Source: a virus. From it: a stretch of DNA of 64,000 bases. The notes below the pieces were generated by a model. That model ran no database searches, was not told where the DNA came from, and saw only the letters and a list, made by a program, of their open reading frames with translations. Shown in pieces: positions 45,902 to 55,832 of this stretch. The first letter of the stretch is position 1. Each line of letters begins with the position of its first letter. Where the stretch lies: the IMG/VR virus record IMGVR_UViG_3300046535_001489, positions 6,715 to 70,714 of that record; one strand, given 5' to 3'. The translations under genes were made by a program, and so were the position numbers.

Positions 45902-47170
45902 ATGTACCATCCCCAAATCGTGGCTCGACGCATGAGCAACATGGCAACAGTAATTAGAGGCTCAATTGACCCTAATTTCGACTTTAAGGAGTATTCGATA
46001 GCCGAAGTTGAGCAGCGATGCGGGGAGTTGGAGAAAATCTACGATCCTTTGAGCGGAAATCTCGTGCAGCCGCTCAACGCCGAGGCTGAAGCCTTCATTC
46101 GGCATGAAATCAACCGCTGCAAGGTCGATTTTCTCTATTGGGCGACTCGATATGCGAAATTGAAGTCGAAAGACGCTGAACTTATCAGACTTAACCCCAC
46201 AGCCGTCCAAAAACTGCTCATCGACAAGATCGGAGCCGCCGAATTAGCTGTTTTCACTGAAAAAACCGGCGATGGCATCCTGTTTCAAGTCCTGAAAGCT
46301 CGCCAGTTGGGGGTTTCGACTATTTCAGAGATGATCATAGCCCATCGGGTGTTCTTTTATGCCAATACGACGGCTCTAGTGGCTGCTGACGTCGATGACC
46401 ATACCCAGGGGCTCTATAATATGCTGCTGAGGGTGTTTGATAACCTTCCGTGGTGGATGAAGCCCCGCTCCGCTGACCCAAAGCGCGACTATCGAGTCAA
46501 AAACAAGCTCCTTTCCTTCGCCGACCAAGACTCCATCATCCAAATCGGCAGCAGCAAGAATCTCCAAGGCGGCGATTCGGGCCAGGAGAAGGGTTCGATG
46601 GGTACGGGGCAGACGTTGCCGCTGGTGCATCTCAGCGAGCTAGCGCTGTGGGAAAACCCATGGCAAATTGACGACGCCCTGATGCCCTCCATTCCCATGA
46701 GCAGCAGAACCTTTGCGATCTTTGAGTCTACTGCCAAAGGGCGCGGCAACTGGTGGCATGAGAGCTGGGAAGCGAGCAAAAAGGGGTTGGGGCGCAGACG
46801 GCCCGTTTTCATTCCGTGGTACACCGATCCAGACACATATAAGCTCCCGGCACCGAGCGATTGGTCGCCCTCAACAGCTGCCCTCAACCATGCCGACCGC
46901 GTGAAGGAGCTTTCGACTAAGTGGTTGCCTGCTTCGGTGCAATTGACCAAAAATCAGCTCTACTGGTGGGAAATCACCAAAGCCGATTACATCTCCAGAG
47001 GCGTGCTACACAAATTTCTCGCGGAATACACCGCAGACGACATGGAGAGCTTCCAGAACAGCACTGTGGGGGTGTTTCCTTCAGAGATGATTGATGACAT
47101 GCGCCAGAAGGCGGGGCGGATGCCGGTGTTGGTGGAGGTGAGGCCAAAGATGGAGTTGAGGAATGGCTAG
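45902..47170 (+). CDS. terL: Terminase large subunit, ATPase domain
   Basis: VLKARQLGVST (Walker A), VHLSELA (Walker B), FESTAKG (motif III) and FIPW. Confidence 0.9.
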   Translation: MYHPQIVARRMSNMATVIRGSIDPNFDFKEYSIAEVEQRCGELEKIYDPLSGNLVQPLNAEAEAFIRHEINRCKVDFLYWATRYAKLKSKDAELIRLNPTAVQKLLIDKIGAAELAVFTEKTGDGILFQVLKARQLGVSTISEMIIAHRVFFYANTTALVAADVDDHTQGLYNMLLRVFDNLPWWMKPRSADPKRDYRVKNKLLSFADQDSIIQIGSSKNLQGGDSGQEKGSMGTGQTLPLVHLSELALWENPWQIDDALMPSIPMSSRTFAIFESTAKGRGNWWHESWEASKKGLGRRRPVFIPWYTDPDTYKLPAPSDWSPSTAALNHADRVKELSTKWLPASVQLTKNQLYWWEITKADYISRGVLHKFLAEYTADDMESFQNSTVGVFPSEMIDDMRQKAGRMPVLVEVRPKMELRNG

Positions 47171-48014
47171 GGATGTTCGTAGCCTCATAGCTCCAGGAAT
47201 GGGCCTCCATGTCATTGAAGAAGTCAGCCGTTTTGAATCTGACTGGTGGAACGGTCGCCTCCTCATCTGGGAAGGCCCCGAACAAGGTGAAACCTATGCT
47301 ATTGGCGTCGATCCCGCTGAAGGCGCTGGCCAAGATCGTTCAGTCTGTGAAATCATCAAAGTTGGCAACCTCTACCACCCAGATGTCCAAGTCGCCGAAT
47401 TTGCCTGCGACTATCTTGATCCGATATACTTTGCAGACGTAGTGAACACCATTGGCCGCTTCTACAAAGACCCAGAGGGCACCGAAGCGTTTGCAACTAT
47501 AGAATTCAACGCCCCCTGCGGCGACACCATGATCTCCGACCTCTGCAACAGATTAAGTTATACCAATCAGTTTATTTGGAAAGCGTACGACAGGATCAAC
47601 AATGTCTACACGAACAAGTATGGTTGGAGTACTAATAAGGCTACTAGACCGAAAATCATTGCGCGGGGACTACATGCGTTTGGCGTGGGCGATCTGGTCG
47701 TCAACTCACCATTCGTTATCGATGAAATGGAAGATTTCGCGAGAGATCATTTTGTGGCTAAGGCTAAGGCGCGCCATGGAACGCACGATGATCGACTGAT
47801 GGCGCTGTTGATTGGATACTGGGGAGCCCACGACGATGAATTCCTCAATGGTGAAGATATCGGTGAGCAGCGGAGGATGCGGATTGCTGCGGGGGAGATT
47901 CAGCAGGAGATGATTAAGGAGGTTACAGCTAAGAAGAAGGCGGATTTTCAAAATACTGCTATTACCTACCGGCAGATGCAAGAGAGAGCGAATGAAATGT
48001 TTGAGATGGATTAA
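47163..48014 (+). CDS. terL: Terminase large subunit, RNase H-like nuclease domain (separate ORF)
   Basis: YAIGVDPAEG..QDRS, IEFN, YGWST...TRP and HDDRLMA. Has its own GGAG/GAGG RBS. Confidence 0.9.
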   Translation: MARDVRSLIAPGMGLHVIEEVSRFESDWWNGRLLIWEGPEQGETYAIGVDPAEGAGQDRSVCEIIKVGNLYHPDVQVAEFACDYLDPIYFADVVNTIGRFYKDPEGTEAFATIEFNAPCGDTMISDLCNRLSYTNQFIWKAYDRINNVYTNKYGWSTNKATRPKIIARGLHAFGVGDLVVNSPFVIDEMEDFARDHFVAKAKARHGTHDDRLMALLIGYWGAHDDEFLNGEDIGEQRRMRIAAGEIQQEMIKEVTAKKKADFQNTAITYRQMQERANEMFEMD

Positions 48015-48025
48015 GGAGCACAGAG

Positions 48026-48274
48026 ATGCAAATACAACTTTGGCAAGCAAAAAAATGGCCGTACCCTTGTGTCGCGAGTAGAACACTAGCTTATCATATC
48101 GGTCCCCTTTGTACAGAATGCAACGCTGCACGAAAGCGAATACAGAAAGCTGCGTGGCTTCTTGAGTACAATACGCATCAATGGGCTTTCTATGCGTATT
48201 GGTTACAAATACTATTATTGGTTGGGTTGTTTTCGCTCCCGTTGATCAAATACTTAGCTAAGGGGGGATTTTAA
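48026..48274 (+). CDS. Small membrane protein
   Basis: AAGGAG RBS; C-terminal hydrophobic helix. Confidence 0.45.
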   Translation: MQIQLWQAKKWPYPCVASRTLAYHIGPLCTECNAARKRIQKAAWLLEYNTHQWAFYAYWLQILLLVGLFSLPLIKYLAKGGF

Positions 48275-48654
48275 TGCAACTCAAGTTTAACCTGAGCGAT
48301 CAAGTGTACGAAGATTACGTCCTCCGATTCGGTGTCCAAGGCACCTACCAGCGCATGCGGAAAGTGCTGGAAGAAATGCAGGGGGTGGACCCAGCAGACC
48401 GCTACTTTATCGTAGCTGGCGACGACCGGCGTGCAGTAGAGAAAGTGTTTCAAACCACGATTGGAGATTCCAAGCAGCTTGCGAGGGCAGTGGAGCGCCT
48501 CAATGCTGTGAGCATCGAAGGCACCAAGATGGAGTTCACTTCTGAGGAGTTGGAGCGCATTCGAATGCAAGCCACCTTCCACGGAAAAGTATTCGAGCAG
48601 TTTCTCGAAGACATGGTCGCCGAAATCAAGGGCGAGTTTTTGAATAGGATTTAA
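48274..48654 (+). CDS. Hypothetical protein (possibly ribbon-helix-helix-like)
   Basis: Coupled ORF. Confidence 0.55.
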   Translation: MQLKFNLSDQVYEDYVLRFGVQGTYQRMRKVLEEMQGVDPADRYFIVAGDDRRAVEKVFQTTIGDSKQLARAVERLNAVSIEGTKMEFTSEELERIRMQATFHGKVFEQFLEDMVAEIKGEFLNRI

Positions 48655-48839
48655 TGATGGAAACAGAAACTTCGCCCCGCGATAAGTTCCGCTATCTCGT
48701 CACTTGCCCTTGTGGGCTGACGAGAGCTCTGCCAGCCGACATCCAACCTGGCGACCCCATCAGCCTCGTGGCGTGCTTGCGGTGTGGCTCTACACTGATT
48801 GGAACATTTAATGGCGAGGGAGTACTGACGCATGGATAA
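48654..48839 (+). CDS. Zinc-ribbon micro-protein
   Basis: CPCG...CLRCG. Confidence 0.5.
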   Translation: MMETETSPRDKFRYLVTCPCGLTRALPADIQPGDPISLVACLRCGSTLIGTFNGEGVLTHG

Positions 48840-49057
48840 TAAAAACGGTGCAGAAAATGTATGTCCGTCTTGCGGATATTGCCCGCATTGTGGTAGAGGT
48901 GGCTATCAAACTTATCCTTATCCCCACTGGCCTGATACTTATCCTACTGTACCTTGGTGGAGACCATATCCATTAGTCTGGAGCGATGTAAATACAACTA
49001 CTACTATAACAGTAGCAGATTCCTCCTCCCCAACCTTTGGCTTCACAGGGTTCAAAA

Positions 49058-49405
49058 ATGGTTAGATGGAACATCAGCTGCCCCGCTTGCGCTACTGTCA
49101 CCTACGATGTCGAATGCTCCATGTTTGCTATCCCTCAATGCAGCTGCGGCAGCGAACGCTTTCTGTCTAACCAAGGCATCGCTCCTAAGTCTAGGGTATT
49201 CCCCTTCGAAGCTCGGCATGTGTCGCCCGACGGCAAGCCGATGATCATCGAAAGCATGAAGCACCTCCGCGACGTCGAGCGCAGCCATGGGGTGGTCTTC
49301 AGTGCATTCAACAATAATGAAAATAATAGTGTCGATGCCACAAAAGGCGACCTGCCCCGTTATAGAGGCGAAGATGAAGATTTCAAGAGAGATCATAGGC
49401 GATAA
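49058..49405 (+). CDS. FmdB-like zinc-ribbon protein preceding the portal
   Basis: CPAC...CSCG and IIESMKHLR. A common pre-portal gene type. Confidence 0.55.
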   Translation: MVRWNISCPACATVTYDVECSMFAIPQCSCGSERFLSNQGIAPKSRVFPFEARHVSPDGKPMIIESMKHLRDVERSHGVVFSAFNNNENNSVDATKGDLPRYRGEDEDFKRDHRR

Positions 49406-51430
49406 ATGAGCGATAACATTTTCACAGTCGGTTCCACAGCCCCCGGCGACGACTACGAGCCGACACTCCTCAACTGGATTCAGGAGAGGGTGCTGGAGGG
49501 CGATGCCATCCTCCGCGACGAGCCAGCCTACGACGAAGTCGATAAAGCCATCAGTTACATCATGGGAGACCAGTTTCAGAGTAGCCGCCCCTCCGAACTG
49601 GCCAATTGCCCCGACAACCGACTCAAAAACATCCTCAACCAGACCGTAGCGGCGCTCACCGACATCCACCCGCTGTTTGGGTTCAAAACCTACAATCCCG
49701 CCTTCAAAGACCAAGAAAACACCCTCATGCACCTTTCGCAGGCATGGTGGGTCAATACCTTTGCTGATTTGAAGCTGGGGGATGTCATTAAATTCGCCGC
49801 TGGGGTGGGAACTGGCTATTGTGAGGTCGCATGGGATGCTTCGGCAGGAGGCGGAGCAGGGGATATCTCGCTAAGGGCTGTAGACCCCCGAGATGTACTG
49901 CCCATTCGCCCACAGCTCAATTCCTCCATCCAAGACTGGGGCGGAGTGATTGTCCGCACAGCGAAATCCCCAGAGGAGCTGAAGACTAGGTTTCCAGACA
50001 AAGCCCACACCATCATCGCTGACAACCAGCCCTCCATCGTTGCCCGCACCTGGAGCCGTGCTCGCCGCCTCATGTCCCGCATCATCAGCCCTGCAAGCCC
50101 AGTTGATGGCCTCAACGCTTCTAATTCTCGCAACATGCCCCGCCGCGTTGAGACTACTGAAGTCTACACCCTCTACCTCAAAGACTATCGGCTCTCTATC
50201 GACAACAACCCCCGCATCATGGGCGATCCGGCGACGACGTGGAGCTACACGGTGTATCCTGTAGGCTACGACCGCGTGCCCGATGGCTACGACGAAATGG
50301 GCCAACAGCAATACCGCCGCGCTAAGCTCGAAGACACCAAGCTCTATCCGCGTGGCCGCATGATCATCGCCACCAAGCGAGCAATTCTCTACGACGGCCC
50401 CAACCCCTACTGGCATGGGATGTTTCCAATTGCTAAGCTGAGCCTCGACCCATGGCCGTGGACGTTGCTTGGACTTGGGCTCGTTCATGACCTGATGCCC
50501 ATACAAGACGCGCTCAATGAGGTACTCAATGGATTCTTGGATCACGTTCGCAAGCTACTCAGACCTGCCGTTGTGGCTGATAAGAAATCAGTGGCCAACT
50601 CGATCTGGGACCGTATCGATTCTCGACTGCCTGGCATCAAGCTCAAAACCAACCAAGCCGCTGGAAAAGGCGTCGAATTCGTCAGCCCCGAGCCACTCCC
50701 GGCCTATACCTTCGAATTCCTCCAGTGGCTAACGACTGAGATGGACTACCTCAGCGGAGTAGGCAACCTCAACTCCCTAGCTCAGCTGCAGCAAGTACCG
50801 GGTGAAGATACCATCGAAAAGATGCAGGAAGCTCTGCAGCCAACGTTGAGGCTGAAGAGTCGTCTATTGGAGTATTTCCTCCGCGAAGTCGGAGAAATGG
50901 TCAAATGCAACTTCTTCCAGTTCTACAACCTCCCGCGCCGCGTGGCAATGCTTGGGGATGCTGGGATTGTCTTCAATGACTTCGACTTCGACCCCGGCAC
51001 GATGATTCCTGCTCTCGGAGCTAACGACGAAGGCTACGAGCCAGGACTCGATAAGCGCCTCAGCAGACCCCAGCGCGCCCAGTGGTTCCATAAGAACTTC
51101 ACCTTCCAGATCACTCCTAATAGCATGTTGGCTATTAGTCAGATGACGCGGAAGATGCTTTATATGCAGCTGCGTAAAGACATGCTTGTTGATAGGTGGA
51201 CATTGTACGATGTGTTGGAGGTTCCAAACGGTGGAGCACCCCCGCCAGGAACAGGACAGACAATTACAGATAAATTGATGGCTGAAATGATACTGTTCAT
51301 GCCGCCAGCGGCACCGCTAGGACGCCCAAACAGTAACGAACAGCCGCCGTCGCTCCAGCAGAAAACTGGAGAGGATGGAGTTCAACGCCAGACAATATCA
51401 ACCAGCGGCGCAGGAGGCGATAATCCATAA
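49406..51430 (+). CDS. Portal protein (P22-like)
   Basis: 674 aa; GTGY..V.WD, YPRGR, ILYDGPNPY..G.FP and GLVHDL.PIQD.LN. Lies between terminase and scaffold. Confidence 0.85.
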   Translation: MSDNIFTVGSTAPGDDYEPTLLNWIQERVLEGDAILRDEPAYDEVDKAISYIMGDQFQSSRPSELANCPDNRLKNILNQTVAALTDIHPLFGFKTYNPAFKDQENTLMHLSQAWWVNTFADLKLGDVIKFAAGVGTGYCEVAWDASAGGGAGDISLRAVDPRDVLPIRPQLNSSIQDWGGVIVRTAKSPEELKTRFPDKAHTIIADNQPSIVARTWSRARRLMSRIISPASPVDGLNASNSRNMPRRVETTEVYTLYLKDYRLSIDNNPRIMGDPATTWSYTVYPVGYDRVPDGYDEMGQQQYRRAKLEDTKLYPRGRMIIATKRAILYDGPNPYWHGMFPIAKLSLDPWPWTLLGLGLVHDLMPIQDALNEVLNGFLDHVRKLLRPAVVADKKSVANSIWDRIDSRLPGIKLKTNQAAGKGVEFVSPEPLPAYTFEFLQWLTTEMDYLSGVGNLNSLAQLQQVPGEDTIEKMQEALQPTLRLKSRLLEYFLREVGEMVKCNFFQFYNLPRRVAMLGDAGIVFNDFDFDPGTMIPALGANDEGYEPGLDKRLSRPQRAQWFHKNFTFQITPNSMLAISQMTRKMLYMQLRKDMLVDRWTLYDVLEVPNGGAPPPGTGQTITDKLMAEMILFMPPAAPLGRPNSNEQPPSLQQKTGEDGVQRQTISTSGAGGDNP

Positions 51431-51455
51431 TGTCATTTAAGGAAGTTATAATGGC

Positions 51456-51806
51456 ATGATCACCGTTAAAGCAACTCGTGAAGGGCTAGTAGGTGGTAAA
51501 ACGGCTAGTGGCTACGTTATCGATACAGTAGTCCCCTTCGTAGCCCTCCCATCCACCAAAGCTCTAGGCCACTTCGTACGCCTCAAACATGACAAATACA
51601 CCTGCTGCGCTATCGTCCTCGACGTTGGCCCCTGGAACGAGCACGATGATGCCTATGTCTTTGCAGGTAGGCGTCCAGCTGCTGAAACCCTCCCAGACGA
51701 GCGAGGCCGTACTACTAACAAAGCTGGCATCGACCTCAGCGAAAAAGTCTGGAAACTCCTCCATATGACAGGCAACGATCCTGTTAGCTGGGAGTTTATC
51801 GACTAA
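51456..51806 (+). CDS. Double-psi beta-barrel (RlpA-like) lytic transglycosylase / endolysin candidate
   Basis: KTASG...FVALP...VLDVGPW...GIDLS. Confidence 0.65.
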   Translation: MITVKATREGLVGGKTASGYVIDTVVPFVALPSTKALGHFVRLKHDKYTCCAIVLDVGPWNEHDDAYVFAGRRPAAETLPDERGRTTNKAGIDLSEKVWKLLHMTGNDPVSWEFID

Positions 51807-52126
51807 GTTGACAGCGTTCACAACCTTACTTAATACTTAATAGGATTTAATCCATGTCAGCAAAACTTCCTGAAAATCCCAAACCCAACACCACTCAAAC
51901 TTCCCTCCCCACTGGCAACCAGCACAACGACATGGGGAGCTTCAAAATCGTCCTCCCGCATGGCCCCAAGTTCAAAGACACCGAGAATACCTAATGCTCG
52001 ATAGAGAGCTGACGGTACGGCATGCGTTGTGGGCAGTGGTGGCGTGGGTGGCGCTTAAAGCGTACGTAGCCTACGCGCTCGTGTTTAAGATGTCAGAGTT
52101 TCTATCTCAAGCCGTGAGAGGTTGAT

Positions 52127-52306
52127 GTGCCTGCCCAGTATGACGCAATCAAAGAATCCCTCGTAAGCCAAGGTGTAGGCCGCTCCACCGACGACAAAGC
52201 CGTTAAGCGCAGCGCCGCCCGCATTTTCATCGCCAGAGGCAAAGGCGGCGACCGCAGTGACCGTGCCAAACGCCTCGCCGCTGACAGAACCCCGAAAGGA
52301 AGATAA
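52127..52306 (+). CDS. 59-aa basic protein (not in the ORF track)
   Basis: GTG start after GAGG; MPAQYDAIKESL...AARIFI. Confidence 0.5.
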   Translation: MPAQYDAIKESLVSQGVGRSTDDKAVKRSAARIFIARGKGGDRSDRAKRLAADRTPKGR

Positions 52307-52307
52307 C

Positions 52308-52379
52308 ATGCCCGAAGTCGAGATCAAGACCCCCTTCAAGGATGCCCTCGAAAAGTGCGTTGGCAAGAAAGATAGTTAA
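52308..52379 (+). CDS. 23-aa micro-protein MPEVEIKTPFKDALEKCVGKKDS
   Basis: AAGGA RBS. Shares a motif with ORF 58637-58852. Confidence 0.45.
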   Translation: MPEVEIKTPFKDALEKCVGKKDS

Positions 52380-52381
52380 GG

Positions 52382-52750
52382 ATGCCCTTCCCAGCTTCTA
52401 GTGCCCAAGGCCCCGCACCGCTTCCACCGCCGATGGCTGGTGCCGCCGCGCCTACTCCGCCCCAACCCTCAATGATGTCGCTTGCCGGAATGCAGAGCGG
52501 CCAGCAAATGGGGCAGGCGATGACTCCGGGGATGAGTCAGGTGAGTGAGTCGGCAGTGAGGATGTCGGCTGAGATCGACCAAGCCCTCAAGCTCCTCGCC
52601 CAAGCCATCCCCCAACTCGCCCCATGGGTCGAACAAGTCACTAACGAACTCCGCAACCAAGTCGGTCAGGCCCTCCAAGGTGGAGCAGTGCCAACCGACC
52701 CCTCAGCACAAGACAACAGCCGCTTCCCCGATGGCGCTGCGAGACTTTAG
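52382..52750 (+). CDS. Pro/Gln-rich head morphogenesis protein
   Basis: Low-complexity sequence plus a helix pair. Lies between portal and scaffold. Confidence 0.55.
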   Translation: MPFPASSAQGPAPLPPPMAGAAAPTPPQPSMMSLAGMQSGQQMGQAMTPGMSQVSESAVRMSAEIDQALKLLAQAIPQLAPWVEQVTNELRNQVGQALQGGAVPTDPSAQDNSRFPDGAARL

Positions 52751-52846
52751 TTAATCGGGAGCACCAATCGCAAGGTTCCCCTATAGCTGGCCTACCAATC
52801 CCGGTAGAGGCGTATAGTCCAAGGAGCTGGCTGCGTAGAGGTTCAC

Positions 52847-53602
52847 ATGGCAAAGAAAGACAACGAGGCGATCTATCAAGAGTTTCTGGCCGACCTAAAG
52901 AAAATCAACCCAAAGGTCGAGGAAATCTTGGACGACGCAACAAACGCCAAGCTGAAAGAGTCTGTTCTGGCGCGCTCCGAAATGTCCCGGCAAATGGATG
53001 CTCTGACCGCAGAGCGAGCAGAAGTTGCCGCATTCGTAGAGCAGGAAAAGACCAAAGTTCAAGGTTGGCAAGACTGGTATGGGAGCGTCACGAAAGACAT
53101 CAGCAACATTCAAACTGAACTCAAGTCCTACAAAGATGCCTACGGCGAACTCGATTCAACTTCCAAGCGACAAATCGCAGAAAGCCATGGTATGACTAAA
53201 GAAGACTTTGAGCGGAACCTCCAACAGCGCGATGTGGCAGCGATCAAATTCGTAGACGACCTCACAGACCTCAAGATAGATCACCGGGACAAGTTCAAGG
53301 AAAAGCTCGACACTAGCGCCGTCTACAAAATCGCTGGCGAAAAGAACCTCCCCTTGGACGTTGCCTACAACCTCTACATTGGAGATAAGCTCCAGAAGCT
53401 CAATGACGCCAACGTGGAAGCTCGAATCGCACAAGCGCGGACAGATGCCGTCGCGGAGTATGCTACCAAGCACAATCTCCCCGTCATCTCCAGCAACCCC
53501 GATTACGTTCATCCCCTTGATGTTAAGCAGCCTCTGACAAATCCCAATGAGCGAATCAACGCTGCCGTAGCGGACTACACCAAGCGGCAGTCTCAACGAT
53601 AA
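52847..53602 (+). CDS. Capsid scaffolding protein
   Basis: Charged coiled-coil protein immediately before the major capsid gene. Confidence 0.7.
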   Translation: MAKKDNEAIYQEFLADLKKINPKVEEILDDATNAKLKESVLARSEMSRQMDALTAERAEVAAFVEQEKTKVQGWQDWYGSVTKDISNIQTELKSYKDAYGELDSTSKRQIAESHGMTKEDFERNLQQRDVAAIKFVDDLTDLKIDHRDKFKEKLDTSAVYKIAGEKNLPLDVAYNLYIGDKLQKLNDANVEARIAQARTDAVAEYATKHNLPVISSNPDYVHPLDVKQPLTNPNERINAAVADYTKRQSQR

Positions 53603-53617
53603 GGACAATAGTAAGCT

Positions 53618-54667
53618 ATGGCAAACCTGTCAGGGTTCCTTGACGAACTCAATACGTCTACTCAGCGGCACATCGTGCCCGGTCTGGTAGACAACAACTT
53701 CAAGAACGACCCCCTCTTGGCGTACATGAAGAAAAACAACCTGGAGAAGTTCACTGGTGGAACCCAGATCCAGGAAAACCTCGTATATGCATCTCTGCCC
53801 AATGGCGGGGCGTACGCCGATGGTCAGACCGCCTCGATTGCGATTGTGCAGACCGAGACGGGTGCGAGCTTCATCCCGAAGAACTACTGGGTGCCTGTGG
53901 CGATCTCGAAGATCCAGGCTCAGGTGTTCAACAAGGGGCCGGAAGCGGTGTTTAGGTTGGTGGATAGTCGCCTTCAGAACGCGGCCTTGACGATGAGTGC
54001 CATCCTCGCGATTGCCCTCTACAATCAAGGTCAGACCTCTCCCCGTGTGCTTGAGCTGAACGGCCTCGCCGAAATGCTCAATGACGGCAGCAACAACAGC
54101 TGGACCGGAGCGGCTTACACGACCTACGGTACCCTGACCCGTGGTGGAACGATTGGCTCGGCCCTCAACAGCCCGATGACCTCCCCCACTGCCAACGTCG
54201 CCGGTCCTATCACCTACAAGATCCTTGAGGAAGGCTACAACACCGTCGTCATCGGTGACGAGTTCCCCAACCTCATGGTAACGACCAACCTCGGGATGTC
54301 CTACATCAAGGAGAAATTCCAGCCCCAGTGGCGCGTGGAGACTCAAGACCCCAAGATTGGGTTCAACGGCATCAAGTTCAATCAGGCCATGGTGATTCAG
54401 TCGCAGTATGCGCCAGGATCGCTGGGGGTCAACGATGCGAACTTGGGTAACTACCTTGCGCCCTCCAGCCAAGGCGAGACCCTCTTCTACCTCAACACCA
54501 AGTACTTCCGCATGTGGGTCACTGACGACCCGGAATTTGGGTTTGGCTTCACCGGCTTCAAGCCCGCGCAGGATAGCTTGACCGTTGCTGGACAGTATCT
54601 GTTCACGGGCAACGTCACCTGTCAGGCTCCGCGCCTCAGCCGCCAGCTCTACAACATCACTGGTTAA
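53618..54667 (+). CDS. Major capsid protein (HK97 fold)
   Basis: 349 aa; LVDN.F...PLL, GG..I, LNGL, GFNGIKF and LFYLNTKY. Strong codon bias. Confidence 0.85.
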   Translation: MANLSGFLDELNTSTQRHIVPGLVDNNFKNDPLLAYMKKNNLEKFTGGTQIQENLVYASLPNGGAYADGQTASIAIVQTETGASFIPKNYWVPVAISKIQAQVFNKGPEAVFRLVDSRLQNAALTMSAILAIALYNQGQTSPRVLELNGLAEMLNDGSNNSWTGAAYTTYGTLTRGGTIGSALNSPMTSPTANVAGPITYKILEEGYNTVVIGDEFPNLMVTTNLGMSYIKEKFQPQWRVETQDPKIGFNGIKFNQAMVIQSQYAPGSLGVNDANLGNYLAPSSQGETLFYLNTKYFRMWVTDDPEFGFGFTGFKPAQDSLTVAGQYLFTGNVTCQAPRLSRQLYNITG

Positions 54668-54737
54668 TTCTCTTTCAGGTAATCGAGGGGGTTCACCAGA
54701 AAGGTGGGCCTCCTCCTTCGCCAAAGGATTCTAAATT

Positions 54738-55292
54738 ATGGCATCTGCTACAGGTCGTTTTTTCCCCGTTCAGGTTATGCATCTTGGCCCTGTCGGGACG
54801 TTTGCTGGATTCAACGTAGCCACCCTCGGCGGCGACGGCACCGTTGCATCTGGCGATTCCGGCCCCTGGTTCGGCCAGCTCGGTCAGGTTGTAGAGGATT
54901 CGGGTAAGTGCTATCGCCTCGTGCAGTTTGATAATGGCACGGGTGATGTGGCGTCGGCGGCGGGTGGTGTGGCTCACTGGAAGACCCGTGCGAGTTTCAT
55001 CGTCACGAGCGACCAGACCGACGCGCAGGCTTCACTCAACAGTGTGGCTGGTGGGTTCCTTGGAATTCAGACTGATCAGTATTACTGCTTCATTCAGCTG
55101 GGTGGTACGCAGGCTGTTATCACTGACACAACCCAAGCGGCTGGTGTGGCACTCATTGCCAGCACGACTGACTTGACCCTCGTGGCCGGTTCGACCAATA
55201 CCAAGGGCAACCAGCTCATCTACGCCATCAGCTACGGCACCGTCACGACCACTTCCGTTACCGTCTTCTGGGTTTTCGGCAACCTCCTGTAA
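54738..55292 (+). CDS. Capsid decoration / cement protein
   Basis: GK.YRLVQ...YCFIQ.GG beta-tulip-like pattern directly after the capsid gene. Confidence 0.6.
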   Translation: MASATGRFFPVQVMHLGPVGTFAGFNVATLGGDGTVASGDSGPWFGQLGQVVEDSGKCYRLVQFDNGTGDVASAAGGVAHWKTRASFIVTSDQTDAQASLNSVAGGFLGIQTDQYYCFIQLGGTQAVITDTTQAAGVALIASTTDLTLVAGSTNTKGNQLIYAISYGTVTTTSVTVFWVFGNLL

Positions 55293-55346
55293 TCCTTTTT
55301 CGGTGTTAGGGGGCCTCTCGGGGTCTCCTAATGCCTGAGGTATCTC

Positions 55347-55829
55347 ATGGCATCTACAATGACACTTGCCGGGGACTGGATGGTTTCGCTCGGGAACCGT
55401 AGACAGACTTCCGGGACGGGTAATATTGGTACATATGTAACAAACGGCATTGCCGTTGCGGCGGCGCAGGTTGGCCTTGGCGTGCTTCAGAGCCTTGTAG
55501 TTGATCCTGCAGGCGGGTATACGTTTGAATGGGTCGCTTCGACGGGTAAGATTAAAGCCTACCTCGGCAGTGGCGCGCTCGCAGCTCATACTCACGACCT
55601 CAAAATCATCGGCGGGCAAGCAGCGGCTTCGACAGCGGCTACAGCCTACTACGCAACAGATATCTTCGGTAAGGAAGCTGTGACCAACAAAACAATTGCT
55701 GGTGCAGACTCCGCAACCAAAGGCGGCGTCGTGGCAGTTTCAGCAGGCAGCGCAGCCATAGGCACTGAAGTCACGAGCACGACAGCCCTTGCTGGCGTTA
55801 CCTTCAACTGGCGCGCTGTGGGGATCTAA
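55347..55829 (+). CDS. Minor virion protein (paralogue 1)
   Basis: G.Y.T.G, GY.F...STGKI.AY and F.WRA motifs. Confidence 0.6.
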   Translation: MASTMTLAGDWMVSLGNRRQTSGTGNIGTYVTNGIAVAAAQVGLGVLQSLVVDPAGGYTFEWVASTGKIKAYLGSGALAAHTHDLKIIGGQAAASTAATAYYATDIFGKEAVTNKTIAGADSATKGGVVAVSAGSAAIGTEVTSTTALAGVTFNWRAVGI

Positions 55830-55832
55830 CCC

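Noticed and set aside
51808-51837. Sigma70 promoter after the lysin-like gene
   Set aside because: TTGACA is perfect, but there is no convincing -10 element at 16-18 bp spacing.
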